From positions 3,808,001-3,872,000 of the forward strand of contig OY970325.1 in assembly GCA_963717145.1 (NCBI GenBank): a stretch of 64,000 nt of DNA, written 5' to 3'. The notes below the pieces were generated by a model. The model was not told the origin of the DNA. It saw only the letters and a program-made list of their open reading frames with translations, and made no database searches. The DNA comes from an uncultured Armatimonadetes bacterium (GTDB lineage Bacteria > Armatimonadota > UBA5829 > DTJY01). This document shows, one piece after another, positions 39,838 through 50,041 of this stretch. The translations under genes and the position numbers were made by a program. Within the stretch, counting starts at the first letter, position 1, and every line of letters starts with the position of its first letter.

Positions 39838-40979
39838 GGGGCATTTTGAGCGGACGGCGCTTGGCCGCCTTATACCTTCCCGTCTTCCTCGCATTGGTAC
39901 TGGATCCGCATCAGAACTGGCTGCTCAACAGTCGATGCTGCAAGGACGCCACGATAACGGGTACACCCCTGTTTTCCACATTTCGGATAAGCAGAGCAAG
40001 CAGGGGTTCCTACTATCGATGTTCCTGCCGACAATCGTATTGATGATAAGGTTTAGTTGGCGGTGTGCTGGTTATAATGAACATGGTTGATACGAGATGG
40101 CTCTCACTATAGACCTATGAGAAGCATAATGCTTGCTCTACTAGCGATTGTGCGACGATTACCCCGGCGCTCATGGGAACAAAACCGTGGTGTGGAGTCA
40201 GTGGTCTGTGGTGCAGCCAGTGAACGCCAAAAACAGGTATGAATGCTCGGTTGATTCCTTACCTCATCATGGCACAAGCACGGTGTATAGGGAGGCCAGC
40301 ACAATTACCAGGCTTCCCAGAAAGGATGGCACAAAATGATTATTGTGCTTTGCTATGCTAGACGCCGAACAATCGGCCAATCAGAAGAGGAGAGGACATT
40401 GCAGAGACGCCTCGAAGAGGGAGGCGCTGTTGTGGTGACAACAGCGCCCGCTGGCCGGTTCACGCTGAGAAAGAGAACAGACAAGCTCGGTTATCAGCGT
40501 GGCCGGAACTGCAGTTATCCTTGTACGTATTGTCGGCACTTGCCGGCCGCCTCTGCAGCGCAATCCGCCTCTGGAAGACATTCGGTCACCGACATGGTGT
40601 GGAGTATCGTTCGGCTGGCAGCCAAGCCGCTCGCCGTGCTTCTCTCATCCGAGGAAGCCCGACATTGGATCAGTTCGCTGAAAGAACTGATCTTCTAGTC
40701 ACACCGAATATCGCGGGTGGGAGAGCAAATGAGAAACACTGTGCTCTCCCGCCCGCCCGGGCTTCCGCCTATCCGAGGCTCTCAGGCTGAAGTCCGGGAC
40801 AGATCGTGCCTCGTGTCGCCAGTTAATCGGTTATACCCGAATAATCTATCGGGTATACCCGATTAATTCCCCCGGAGACGTTCAGCCTGCGGTCCACAGT
40901 CTCGCGTCTCCCCTTCAGTCGTGAGGGAATCGCTCCGACAATGTAAGTACAAATACCATATCTCACGCAGGAGCACGGA

Positions 40980-42041
40980 ATGCCGCAACTCAGGAAAGAC
41001 CCCGTCACCCGCGAATGGGTGATCATCGCCACCGAACGAAGCAAGAGGCCGTCGGATTTCAACGTCCCGGAGGATTCCCTTACGAAGCCGGCATTCCTGG
41101 ATACGTGCGTCTTCTGCACCGGGAACGAGTCCAAGACACCGCCCGAGGTGCTCGCATTCCGGAGCGTCCCGAATACGCCGAACGCGCCCGGCTGGTGGGT
41201 CCGCGTCGTCTCGAACAAGTTCCCCGCGCTCCAGATCGAGGGCGACCTCGACCGGGGCGGCTACGGCATGTACGACTTCATGAACGGGGTCGGCGCGCAC
41301 GAGGTGATCATCGAGACTCCCGAGCACAACAAGTGCATGGCGTCGATCGGCCCGCGTCAGGCCGAGGAAGTCTGGTGGGCATGCCGCCAGCGGATGATCG
41401 ACCTCAGCCGAGACCCCAGGTTCAAGTACATCCTGGTCTTCCGCAATCACGGCAAGGTCGCCGGAGCATCGCTCGAGCACCCGCACTCCCAACTCATCGC
41501 GCTCCCGATGGTCCCGATGCAGGTCCAGCAGGAGATTGTTGGCGCTGATAAGTATTATGAAGCCCATGACCGCTGCATCTACTGCGACATGATCCGCCAG
41601 GAACTCAACTTCGGCCAGCGCGTCATCATGGAGACGAACGAGTTCATCGCGTTCTCGCCGTTCGCACCGAAGTACCCGTTCCAGACGTGCGTGATGCCGA
41701 AGAAGCACATGAAGTCGTTCGTCGAGTCCGAGGAGCAGATCCCGGAGTTCGTTCACGTCCTCCAGGGCGTGCTGAAGCGGATCGGGAAGACACTCAAGCA
41801 CCCGCCATACAACTACACGCTCCACACCGCGCCGTGCGACTCGGAGAAGGACCACGTCTTCCACTGGCATCTGGAGATCATGCCGCGCCTGACCATCGCG
41901 GCGGGCTTCGAGATGGGGACCGGCATCTACATCAACGTCACGTCCCCCGAGGACGCCGCGATGCACCTCCGCGACGCCGGCGAGGACCTCGCAGATGACG
42001 ACCCCGTCACCGAGGAGAAGCTCGAAGTCCCGAGCCGCTGA
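40980..42041 (+). CDS. galT: Galactose-1-phosphate uridylyltransferase family protein
   Basis: 'LRKDP', 'CVFC.GNE', 'NKFPAL', 'GASLEHPHSQ'. Confidence 0.93.
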   Translation: MPQLRKDPVTREWVIIATERSKRPSDFNVPEDSLTKPAFLDTCVFCTGNESKTPPEVLAFRSVPNTPNAPGWWVRVVSNKFPALQIEGDLDRGGYGMYDFMNGVGAHEVIIETPEHNKCMASIGPRQAEEVWWACRQRMIDLSRDPRFKYILVFRNHGKVAGASLEHPHSQLIALPMVPMQVQQEIVGADKYYEAHDRCIYCDMIRQELNFGQRVIMETNEFIAFSPFAPKYPFQTCVMPKKHMKSFVESEEQIPEFVHVLQGVLKRIGKTLKHPPYNYTLHTAPCDSEKDHVFHWHLEIMPRLTIAAGFEMGTGIYINVTSPEDAAMHLRDAGEDLADDDPVTEEKLEVPSR

Positions 42042-42204
42042 TCGCAGTCACCGGAAGCATCACCACAAACGACGTTCGGGCCGCAAACGACGGTTGGGCC
42101 GGAGTTGCACTCCGGCCACGCAACTCCCGGCCTCGCAGCTTCCCATATTCCCGCTTCATCACTATAATGGCGACAGGTCACCACACCGAGGCAGGTATCC
42201 AGTA

Positions 42205-43518
42205 ATGAAGAAGTTGGTAATACCCGGCATCATCATCTTGTGCCTGATCGTGCTTATCGCGGGAATCGCCGGTACAGTCAGGTTCGTGCTCACCGGCCGA
42301 TACGACGCGGAGATCGTTGCGATCAAAGCCAGGGGTGAACCGACCACACTCCAGGAATTGATCGGCGACCCGATACCGGACGATCAAAATGCCGCCGTTG
42401 CCTACATGAAGTTGCACGCCGAAATCGAGAGCGGGGCGTACGACAGGGCATTCAGCACCATCCTTGAGATCCAGCCCACTCCTGGGGGCCACCTGGACGC
42501 CAACACCTGGGCACAATGGGAGAAGGCAGTCGCTGAGACTCAGCCTCTGCGTCCACTGATAGATGAAGCGTCGTGCAGATCGGGTTACCGCCCCATAGGT
42601 AACAGGCCCGGTGACCTCGGATATGCATCATACCAGGGGGATTTCTGGCAGATCGGGGATCTGCTCAAACTCAGCGCCCTGGTCAATGCGAGGCGGGGTC
42701 GTATGGCGCAGGCGGCAGGAGATATCCTCACCCAGATCAGAGTCGCTCACTCCATCCGGGACGAACCGTTTCTCCATTATGCTAGGCTTGGCGCGCTCAG
42801 AAACGCAAGCGAGTCGATTCGTGCAGTGATGGAGTTCGGCCACTTGAGCGAGACCGACACTAGGATGATCTTCGATGCTCTCGACGAGATGGACTTCTCC
42901 TCCAGTTACAAGCGCTACTGGGAGGGCCTGAGAGTCCTATTCATGCAGTTCTCAGGGCCCGATTACCTCAAACAGATGGCCGCGTGGGAAGGCACGAAGC
43001 CGGAACACGCCGCAATCCCACTGGGGCATTCACTGTGGGGCCGTCCGTTCGTGCGCGGCGACTTGGCAGCCCTCCTGTCCTATGCGACAGGCCAGGTCAA
43101 CGGCGCAAGTCTCTCCTACGCCCAGGCCAAGGCGAAGGGCTTGCTCCAGTCCCCCATGCACATACCCGTGTATGCCTTCGCGGCAAAGGAACGGATCCCT
43201 GATTCATGGAGATCCGCGATGGGCCGCTACATGTGCGAGGAAAAGGTGGCGCTGGCTCAGGTCTTCCTCGCACTCCAAGCGCACAAGGCGCGGTTCGGCG
43301 GATACCCGGCGTCAATGCAGGAGCTGAAGATCCGGCTCGGATGGAACCTCCCGAAGGACCCGTTCAGCGAGAAGGACTTCATCTACAAGCGGCTGGCGAA
43401 GGGATTCATCCTCTATAGCGTCGGCCCCGACATGACAGACGACGGCGGCCGGGCGATTCCGAAGGGTTCGGTGGACTTAGACACGAAGGGCGACTTCGTC
43501 CTCGAATGGGAGAGGTGA
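42205..43518 (+). CDS. Membrane-anchored hypothetical protein with C-terminal GspG/pseudopilin-like motif
   Basis: N-terminal TM; 'GGYPASMQEL..LPKDPFS..FIYKR..FILYSVGPDMTDDGG'. Confidence 0.7.
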   Translation: MKKLVIPGIIILCLIVLIAGIAGTVRFVLTGRYDAEIVAIKARGEPTTLQELIGDPIPDDQNAAVAYMKLHAEIESGAYDRAFSTILEIQPTPGGHLDANTWAQWEKAVAETQPLRPLIDEASCRSGYRPIGNRPGDLGYASYQGDFWQIGDLLKLSALVNARRGRMAQAAGDILTQIRVAHSIRDEPFLHYARLGALRNASESIRAVMEFGHLSETDTRMIFDALDEMDFSSSYKRYWEGLRVLFMQFSGPDYLKQMAAWEGTKPEHAAIPLGHSLWGRPFVRGDLAALLSYATGQVNGASLSYAQAKAKGLLQSPMHIPVYAFAAKERIPDSWRSAMGRYMCEEKVALAQVFLALQAHKARFGGYPASMQELKIRLGWNLPKDPFSEKDFIYKRLAKGFILYSVGPDMTDDGGRAIPKGSVDLDTKGDFVLEWER

Positions 43519-43589
43519 CCGGCGCGCGGCACTCTCGGAAGTGTTCGGGCCGGAGTTGTACTCCGGCCCGCTTTCATGACACTTCGAGT

Positions 43590-43654
43590 GTAGTGGCCGT
43601 GCCTCAGTGCCGGCCTGCAACGTCGGAAGGCCGGCACTGAGGCACGGCCACTAC
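43590..43654. repeat. REP-like palindrome, family A copy 5
   Basis: GTAGTGGCCGTGCCTCAGTGCCGGCC + inverted copy between convergent genes. Confidence 0.85.
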
Positions 43655-43664
43655 GGGCGCAACC

Positions 43665-45953
43665 CTACGATCCCACGATCGCGCGGACCTCCGCGTCGGT
43701 GAGCGTATCCCTGCCCTCAGTCCCGATCTCGAGCGCCTGATTGTTCACCATCACCCGCATGTTCCCGAGCCCCTGGTACCGCACGAGTTCGGGGCTCGCC
43801 GCGAGCAGCTTGAAGTGCGCGTCGCTGAACTGCTTGATCTTGACGGTCTTCATGTCCGCGCTCTCCGCCAGGTTGTCGACCCACTGGCTGCCCCGCTGAT
43901 AGAAGGTCCGCGTCCCGATGTTCTGCACTCGGGACACGTTGACTGCCTGGCCCGATTCATCGAAGTACCCTCGGGAGTTCCCGAGCCTCGAACCACCGAT
44001 CTGTCCCTGGGAGTCCATGGGCACTGAGCCCGGCGATGCCTGCACCTGGTTCTGGTTCCTCAGCGCACCAGCGTTCAGGCTCTGCGAGACGCCCCACGAG
44101 CCGGACTCCTCCTCGCGCGCCTTGCCGACCGCCTCGTTACTCCTCCTGACCGCATCCTCGAACGTGACCTGGGGCTCGTCCACGAAATATGAGGTGAACT
44201 CCGTCGGGATGCCCCACTCCTTCGAGAGCCGGACGATCTCCTGGATCAGTTCGTCGTTCCGATGCAGGCGCACCTGGTCGAGCAGGTATCCGATCTTCCG
44301 TGCGGCCCATATCTGCGGGATGAAGTCGCGCTCCGTGTCGTGCGCCGGGAGGTTGACGGTCGTGGTCCACGTCTTGACGCCGTCGGCGGTCTTACCCTTG
44401 AGCGTGAACACCGCCTTGCCCTCCGGAGTACCCGTGATCGACTTGCCGGAGGTGGTGTATTGCCCCAGCACGATCAACTGAGAGCCGTTGAACAGCGCGG
44501 GTATCGGGTTCTGGGGGAGCATGTAGTAGATCTCGACCTCCCGCATCGTGGCGTTTGGTGCCGGTTTCGCCGTGATCTCGATATCGGTCAGCACCGGCGC
44601 GCTGATCCCCGCGAAGAAGGTGGAGACCGAAGCCTCGATGTTCTCGTTCGGCAGCACATAGGACGACGTTCCGCCGCTCTGCTCCCCGAGCAGGTCGAGC
44701 AGATGCGCGTTCACATCGTAGCCGACCCCGAAGCCGAATACCCTGGCCTTGGAGCCGTTGACCTCTTTCGCGTTACTGAGAATCTTCTCTATGTTCTGCT
44801 CGCCGACCGTCGGCAGGCCGTCGGTGAGAAACACGATGTAGTTCCGCGTCTGGCCATACTGACGGAACTGCGCAAGCGCCGCCTTGAGCGCGCTATTGAT
44901 GTTCGTGCCTCCGGTGGCATCGATCCGGTCGACCGCGGCCAATGCCTTCTTCAGGCGTTCCTTGGTCGGCTTCTCGAGTTCGGCGAAGAGCGTCTCCTGC
45001 GATTCATTGAACGTGATCAGGTTGAACTGGTCCTCGGGCTTGAGCGAGTTCAAGCAGTACTTGAGCGCCGCCTTGGCCTGCACGATCTTATCGCCGGCCA
45101 TGCTGCCGGTCCGATCGAGTACGAAGACTATGTTCTTCGGGATGATCTTGCTCTCGGCGATCTTCGGGCTGGCGAGGAGCATGAAGTAGCCCTTCCCGCC
45201 CTTCTCGCGGAATGTGAGCACGTCGAGCGCCATCTCGCCCGCGGCCTGGCTGTAGTAGAGCACGAGGTCCTGATCGGGCTTGATGTTCTTCGCGGTCCAG
45301 TTGACGACCGCCTCCCGCGAGTCCGACTGCTCGACCTTGACGATGTGCGACGGCGAGTAGATGTTGCTGATCGGCGTCGCTGACTTCAGGCGGATTGTGA
45401 CCCGCACGTCGTCGAGCGGCTTGGCGGAGAACTTCTCAGTGCTCAGAGGGTAGACGTACCGGCAGACGCTCCCCGTCTTCGGGATGACTTCGGTGTACTC
45501 GAGCCGGATTCGCGTGTCACCATTCGGCGGGATCGGGTAGACCCTCGCGCGGAAGGTGTTCCGGTCCATGTACTCGAGCAGCGCGGGGTCCTTCCTCTGC
45601 CGCACGATCGACTCGTAGAGCTTGCGCGCCTCGTCGCGGTCGAGGATCTTGCCCTCGTGCTCCTTCTCGCCGACGAACATCGAGAACTTGTGGATCGCCG
45701 CGCCTTTGGGGAGCGGGAAGATGTACGTCCCCTCCTCCTGGCGGCTCGTCTCGTTGTGGAAGATCTGGTCCACCTTGGTGGTCGCCGCCTGGCCGTCGAT
45801 GAAGACATCGACGTGGTGGTACTTCACGGAGAAGACATTCTGCTCCGGTTGGTGGACCGGCACCATGAACCCGTCCGCCTGCGCTGAGACAGCGATCGCG
45901 CAGAGTGCGGCGAGGATGACGCCCGTTCTGAAAAGCTGTGTTTGTCTATGCAT
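43665..45953 (-). CDS. Secreted VIT + vWA domain protein
   Basis: Signal peptide; VIT 'QIFHN..EGTYIFPLP'; MIDAS 'DRTGS', 'GGTNI', 'FLTDG'. Confidence 0.9.
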   Translation of the reverse strand: MHRQTQLFRTGVILAALCAIAVSAQADGFMVPVHQPEQNVFSVKYHHVDVFIDGQAATTKVDQIFHNETSRQEEGTYIFPLPKGAAIHKFSMFVGEKEHEGKILDRDEARKLYESIVRQRKDPALLEYMDRNTFRARVYPIPPNGDTRIRLEYTEVIPKTGSVCRYVYPLSTEKFSAKPLDDVRVTIRLKSATPISNIYSPSHIVKVEQSDSREAVVNWTAKNIKPDQDLVLYYSQAAGEMALDVLTFREKGGKGYFMLLASPKIAESKIIPKNIVFVLDRTGSMAGDKIVQAKAALKYCLNSLKPEDQFNLITFNESQETLFAELEKPTKERLKKALAAVDRIDATGGTNINSALKAALAQFRQYGQTRNYIVFLTDGLPTVGEQNIEKILSNAKEVNGSKARVFGFGVGYDVNAHLLDLLGEQSGGTSSYVLPNENIEASVSTFFAGISAPVLTDIEITAKPAPNATMREVEIYYMLPQNPIPALFNGSQLIVLGQYTTSGKSITGTPEGKAVFTLKGKTADGVKTWTTTVNLPAHDTERDFIPQIWAARKIGYLLDQVRLHRNDELIQEIVRLSKEWGIPTEFTSYFVDEPQVTFEDAVRRSNEAVGKAREEESGSWGVSQSLNAGALRNQNQVQASPGSVPMDSQGQIGGSRLGNSRGYFDESGQAVNVSRVQNIGTRTFYQRGSQWVDNLAESADMKTVKIKQFSDAHFKLLAASPELVRYQGLGNMRVMVNNQALEIGTEGRDTLTDAEVRAIVGS

Positions 45954-46011
45954 GGAAATCGCCTCCTGAGAGCCCGGCTTGGCTTTCTACCCTCTTTAGA
46001 CACGCCTTCGG

Positions 46012-46305
46012 CGCGGAACCTTCACAATCCAACTCAGCCCCGTAACACGTCACCCTGAACCGCACACGTCACCCTGAACCGCACACGTCACCCTGAACCG
46101 CACACGTCACCCTGAACTCGGTTCAGGGTCTACCGCCGAGGATGGATGCTGAACCAAGTTCAGCATGACGACCGCGCGACGCGGAACCTTCACAAAGGAC
46201 TACCGACAACGAATACCGAACGAATAGACGAATGCGCTGCCGGCGGCCGTCAATTCGTTTATTCGTTCGGTATTCGTTGTCGATGAGCGTGGGCTGAGCT
46301 GGATT
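46012..46305. repeat. Composite repeat block: 19 bp tandem array (x3.8), GTCA-type palindrome, 16 bp direct repeat, ACGAAT palindrome
   Basis: ACACGTCACCCTGAACCGC at 46045-46117; CGCGGAACCTTCACAA at 46012 and 46180; IR at 46204-46283. Confidence 0.75.
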
Positions 46306-46468
46306 CTACTGATGTCAAAACATCCGAAGCGGGGCAAATCGAGCCTGAAATCCCACGCGAGTCACCGGCGTCGGAGGCGTTCCGGCGGCGACCGGGGCTT
46401 CGGCGAGGCAATCGCGCGCGCCACCGGTGAATCAGGACACGTGAGGGGCTACTAGGAAGGTACCCGGA

Positions 46469-47821
46469 ATGCGAGCAGCGGAATCCGAGAACCTCGAATA
46501 CAAGACATCCCTGAGCGAAGAGAAGGACGCAGTCGTGTCGATCGCGGCGTTTGCGACCGCAGGCGGCGGCACGATCGTTTTCGGACTTGACCCGTCCGGC
46601 CAACCAGTCGGTGTGACCATCGGCGCAAACACGTTGGAGAACCTTGCCAACATCATCAAACGCAACACCGATCCCCCTCAGTTCCCCAGCATTTCGGAGC
46701 ATGTACAGGACGGCAAGACCATCATCCAGGTCGAAGTGTACAAGAGCCCCGAAGTCCCCGTGTTCGCCTATGGCCGTCCGTACAAGCGCGTCGGAAGGAC
46801 CAATCAGCGCTTGTCCAGCGTAGAGGTCAAGCGACTATCCGTGGAAAGCCAGGGCATGACTTGGGATATGCTGCCGTGCGCAGCCGCGACCGAAGCAGAT
46901 ATCGCCCCTGAACTGGTCAAGCAGTACGTGGACGACGTCGACCATGTGCGTGGACTTCGATTCCCAGAGACCCTATCCACACATGACGTACTCAGCAAGT
47001 TGCGCTTGCTCGAAGGTGACACCGTTACAAGGGCGGCAATCTTGCTGTTCGGCAAGGATCCCCAGGGGTTCCTACCCCAATCGGCGTTAAGGTGTGCTCG
47101 GTTTCGTGGAGTTGATAATCAAGATTTCCTGGACATGAAGGTCTTTGCGGGCAGCTTGTCCTCCCTTATCACGGAAGGAATGCTCTTTGTAGAGCGACAC
47201 ACTTCTACTGCAGTGGAGATCTCAGGCTGGAGACCGGATCGCGTAGAGAAGGGCGAGTATCCCGCAGAAGCCATACGTGAGGCACTGGTGAATGCGATCT
47301 GTCATCGTGATTACGCCGACACCGGGAACGTGCAGGTCCGCATCTTCGACGATCGGTTGGAAGTGTGGAATCCCGGCATTCTGCCTGAAGGATGGGATGT
47401 CGGCCTCTTGCGGCAGAGTCATCCCTCGAAGCCCAGGAACTTGAGGATTGCCGATTGCCTGTATCGTGTCGGCATCATTGAGCAGTGGGGCACCGGCACC
47501 CAGCGTATGATCAGAGAGTGCGTAGAGAACGGCTTGCCTGAGCCGGAGTTTGAAGAGAGTGGCGGTTTCTTCGTAGTGCGTTTCTCCAAGGCAGTTTCGC
47601 CTGTTCCGTCAGACACGTCTGGTATCAAAGAGCGTCAGGCACGGGCTCTGGCGTTGATGGCGAGGCAAGGTTCCATCTCGCGATCCGAGTACGCCGTGTT
47701 GAATGCGGTCACGGTAAGGACCGCCAGCAGCGATCTGAGGGATCTGGTCGACAGAGGGATGATCGCACCACTGGGTAAGGCAAGGGGACGATCCATGCGC
47801 TATAGCGCTGGGGATGGGTAG
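46469..47821 (+). CDS. Schlafen/AlbA_2 + HATPase_c_4 + wHTH protein
   Basis: 'ESENLEYK', 'AFATAGGGTIVFG', 'REALVNAICHRDY', 'NPG', 'GTG..RMI', C-terminal wHTH. Confidence 0.88.
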   Translation: MRAAESENLEYKTSLSEEKDAVVSIAAFATAGGGTIVFGLDPSGQPVGVTIGANTLENLANIIKRNTDPPQFPSISEHVQDGKTIIQVEVYKSPEVPVFAYGRPYKRVGRTNQRLSSVEVKRLSVESQGMTWDMLPCAAATEADIAPELVKQYVDDVDHVRGLRFPETLSTHDVLSKLRLLEGDTVTRAAILLFGKDPQGFLPQSALRCARFRGVDNQDFLDMKVFAGSLSSLITEGMLFVERHTSTAVEISGWRPDRVEKGEYPAEAIREALVNAICHRDYADTGNVQVRIFDDRLEVWNPGILPEGWDVGLLRQSHPSKPRNLRIADCLYRVGIIEQWGTGTQRMIRECVENGLPEPEFEESGGFFVVRFSKAVSPVPSDTSGIKERQARALALMARQGSISRSEYAVLNAVTVRTASSDLRDLVDRGMIAPLGKARGRSMRYSAGDG

Positions 47822-47838
47822 ACTTGCCATGTCTGTCC

Positions 47839-47980
47839 TTTCCTGATTGTTTCCTGATTGTTTCCCGATTATTTCCCGATTGTATCTCGTTTCCTCTGTT
47901 GTCGCCATCAGTAGTGCCCCCTGCTGGCATCAGCTCGATGTCCATATTGTGTCCCGTTATGTCCTGTTGGTGTCCCGTTT
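47839..47980. repeat. Two short ~11 bp tandem arrays
   Basis: TTTCCYGATTR x4 (47839-47882); TGTCCNRTTN(N) x4 (47939-47980). Confidence 0.6.
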
Positions 47981-48047
47981 ACTCCCTGCTCTCGCGCTCT
48001 TGCCCAATCCCCCTGCGCATGGTATCCTGAGAGCGGAGGAGCGCCAG

Positions 48048-48752
48048 ATGTCCAATCAGCCAGACTGGAAGTACAATGAGTTCAAGCAGATCGGCACTGA
48101 CTACGACTCCATCGCCGAAGTCGAGGCCTACGATCGGCGCATGCAGAGCCTGCGCGATGTGGCCCAGGAGACTGAGAGCATCCTAGCAGCCCTGGGCGTC
48201 AGGCCGGAGAGCACCATCCTGGAGATCGGATGCGGCACGGGTGAATTCGCCATCCGGGCGGCGGCCCGGTGCGCCAAGGTCTATGCCGTGGACATATCCG
48301 AGATGATGCTCGAATACGCTCGGCAGAAAGCAGATGCCAGAGGAGTGAGCAACATCGAATTCAGGAGGGCAGGATTCCTCACTTTCGAGTGCGAGCCGGT
48401 AGACGCCGTGGTGACCCAGCTCGCGTTGCACCACCTTCCGGACTACTGGAAGGCGGTCGCCCTCCGCAGGGTACACGATGCGCTGAAGGACGGCGGCAAG
48501 CTCTTCCTCAGGGATGTCGTCTTCCCGGGGGACGTTCGCAATCATGGTGACGTCTTCAGAGAGTGGATAGCCAGTGCCCAGGCGAAGGCCGGGGATACCA
48601 TTGGCCGTGAGATAGAGGCCCACATCCGGGATGAGTACTCGACCCTTGACTGGATCATGGAGGGCCTGCTGAAGACCTCGGGGTTTTCCATCATCAGCAT
48701 AGATGGTTCAAAGGGGCTCTTCACGACCTATGTCTGCGCGAAAAACGATTAG
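48048..48752 (+). CDS. Class I SAM-dependent methyltransferase
   Basis: 'LEIGCGTG', 'AVDISEMML', 'ALHHLPD'; GGAGGAG RBS before ATG 48048. Confidence 0.9.
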   Translation: MSNQPDWKYNEFKQIGTDYDSIAEVEAYDRRMQSLRDVAQETESILAALGVRPESTILEIGCGTGEFAIRAAARCAKVYAVDISEMMLEYARQKADARGVSNIEFRRAGFLTFECEPVDAVVTQLALHHLPDYWKAVALRRVHDALKDGGKLFLRDVVFPGDVRNHGDVFREWIASAQAKAGDTIGREIEAHIRDEYSTLDWIMEGLLKTSGFSIISIDGSKGLFTTYVCAKND

Positions 48753-48763
48753 GGAGGATACCT

Positions 48764-50012
48764 ATGTTCAAGATGATTGCCTTGCTTCTGCTGTTCGCAC
48801 TACCATTGACCGCCGCCGATGTGCCGAAGAGCGTCTCGGCGAAAGATTTCGGCGCGAAGGGCGATGGGGTCGCCGATGACACCGCCGCGATCCAGAAGGC
48901 GCTCGACTCGGTTGCGCCCGGTGGCGGAGTCGCGCATCTCGCGGCCGGATCATACCGGATCACGGATTCACTGAAGGTCCCACAGGGAGTCACGCTCCTC
49001 GGCGAGGGAGCGAGATGGGAAGGCGGCGCGACCCAGCTCGTCATCGAGAAGCCGGGGTTCGTGGGAGTGAAGCTCGGGCACGCGGCTCGGCGTCAAGGGC
49101 TTGGCGATCCTCTACCCGAACAACGCCGACAACGCCAATCCGACGCCCTATCCACCCGCGATCGAATGCGGCGGCATCAACCCCTCGGTCGAGAACATCG
49201 CCTTCGGCAACGCGTGGATCGGCGTCTCGACCCCTCCCGGCGGCGGGAACGCGGGCCAGGGGATGTTTCGCGACCTAACCGGCTTCGTGCATCACGTGGG
49301 TATCCACCTCTCCGGCTGCCGGGACGTCAACCGCATCCTGGACGTCCACTGGTTCGTCGGCGGCAAGGACACGCCCGGCACGCAGTCGTACTACCGCAAG
49401 AACCGCGTCGGCTTCGAGTTCGGCGATGTCGATGGCGTCCTGATGGACCGCTGCTTCATCATCGGCGGCAAGACGTTCCTCCACCAGTTGCCGCTGAAGG
49501 ACACGCCGGACGGATCGAAGGCGGGCGCGCACTCGCTCGGCTTCCAGATCGATGAGTGCTGGATCGAGGATGTCGACAACGGCTTCATCTTCGAGGGCGC
49601 ATGCGGATTCACGATCAACAGCTCGAACATCCTTGTCCGGGAGAACGGCTTCGGGGTGAAGGTAAATGCGAACAGCCTGTTCTACAACGCGGTTATCGAG
49701 GGAGTTCAGGTGCGAGGATTCGGGAAGCCGTTCACCGGCTTCGAGTTCAACTGCTCGAACCCGCATCCGCGCAACCGCCTCGTGATCGCCGACTCCCAGG
49801 TGACGGACGGCGCGCCATCGGTGCATCTCATGGCCGGCTCGCAGAGGGCGCAGCTCCACGACAACGACCTCACCGGCGTCGAAGGCCATCCCGCTGTTCT
49901 GATCGACAAGGGCGCGGACCTCTTCACGATCACGAACAACATCCTCAGCGGCAAGATCGAGGACAACTCGGAGACGACGAAGAAGACGATCAGCGGGAAC
50001 GTGGAGGAATAG
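48764..50012 (+). CDS. Secreted pectate-lyase-fold (beta-helix) protein, frameshift at ~49087
   Basis: Signal peptide; 'SAKDFGAKGDGVADDTAAIQKALD'; continues in the frame of 49101-50012. Confidence 0.8.
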
Positions 50013-50041
50013 GATGCCGTAAACAGTGTGGGAGGTGACCC

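Noticed and set aside
46045-46117. Possible CRISPR array
   Set aside because: The 19 bp units are contiguous with no spacers, and there are no cas genes in the window.
47609-47945. Minus-strand ORFs over the 11 bp arrays
   Set aside because: They overlap the AlbA_2 gene end, have no RBS, and the repeat period is not a multiple of 3.
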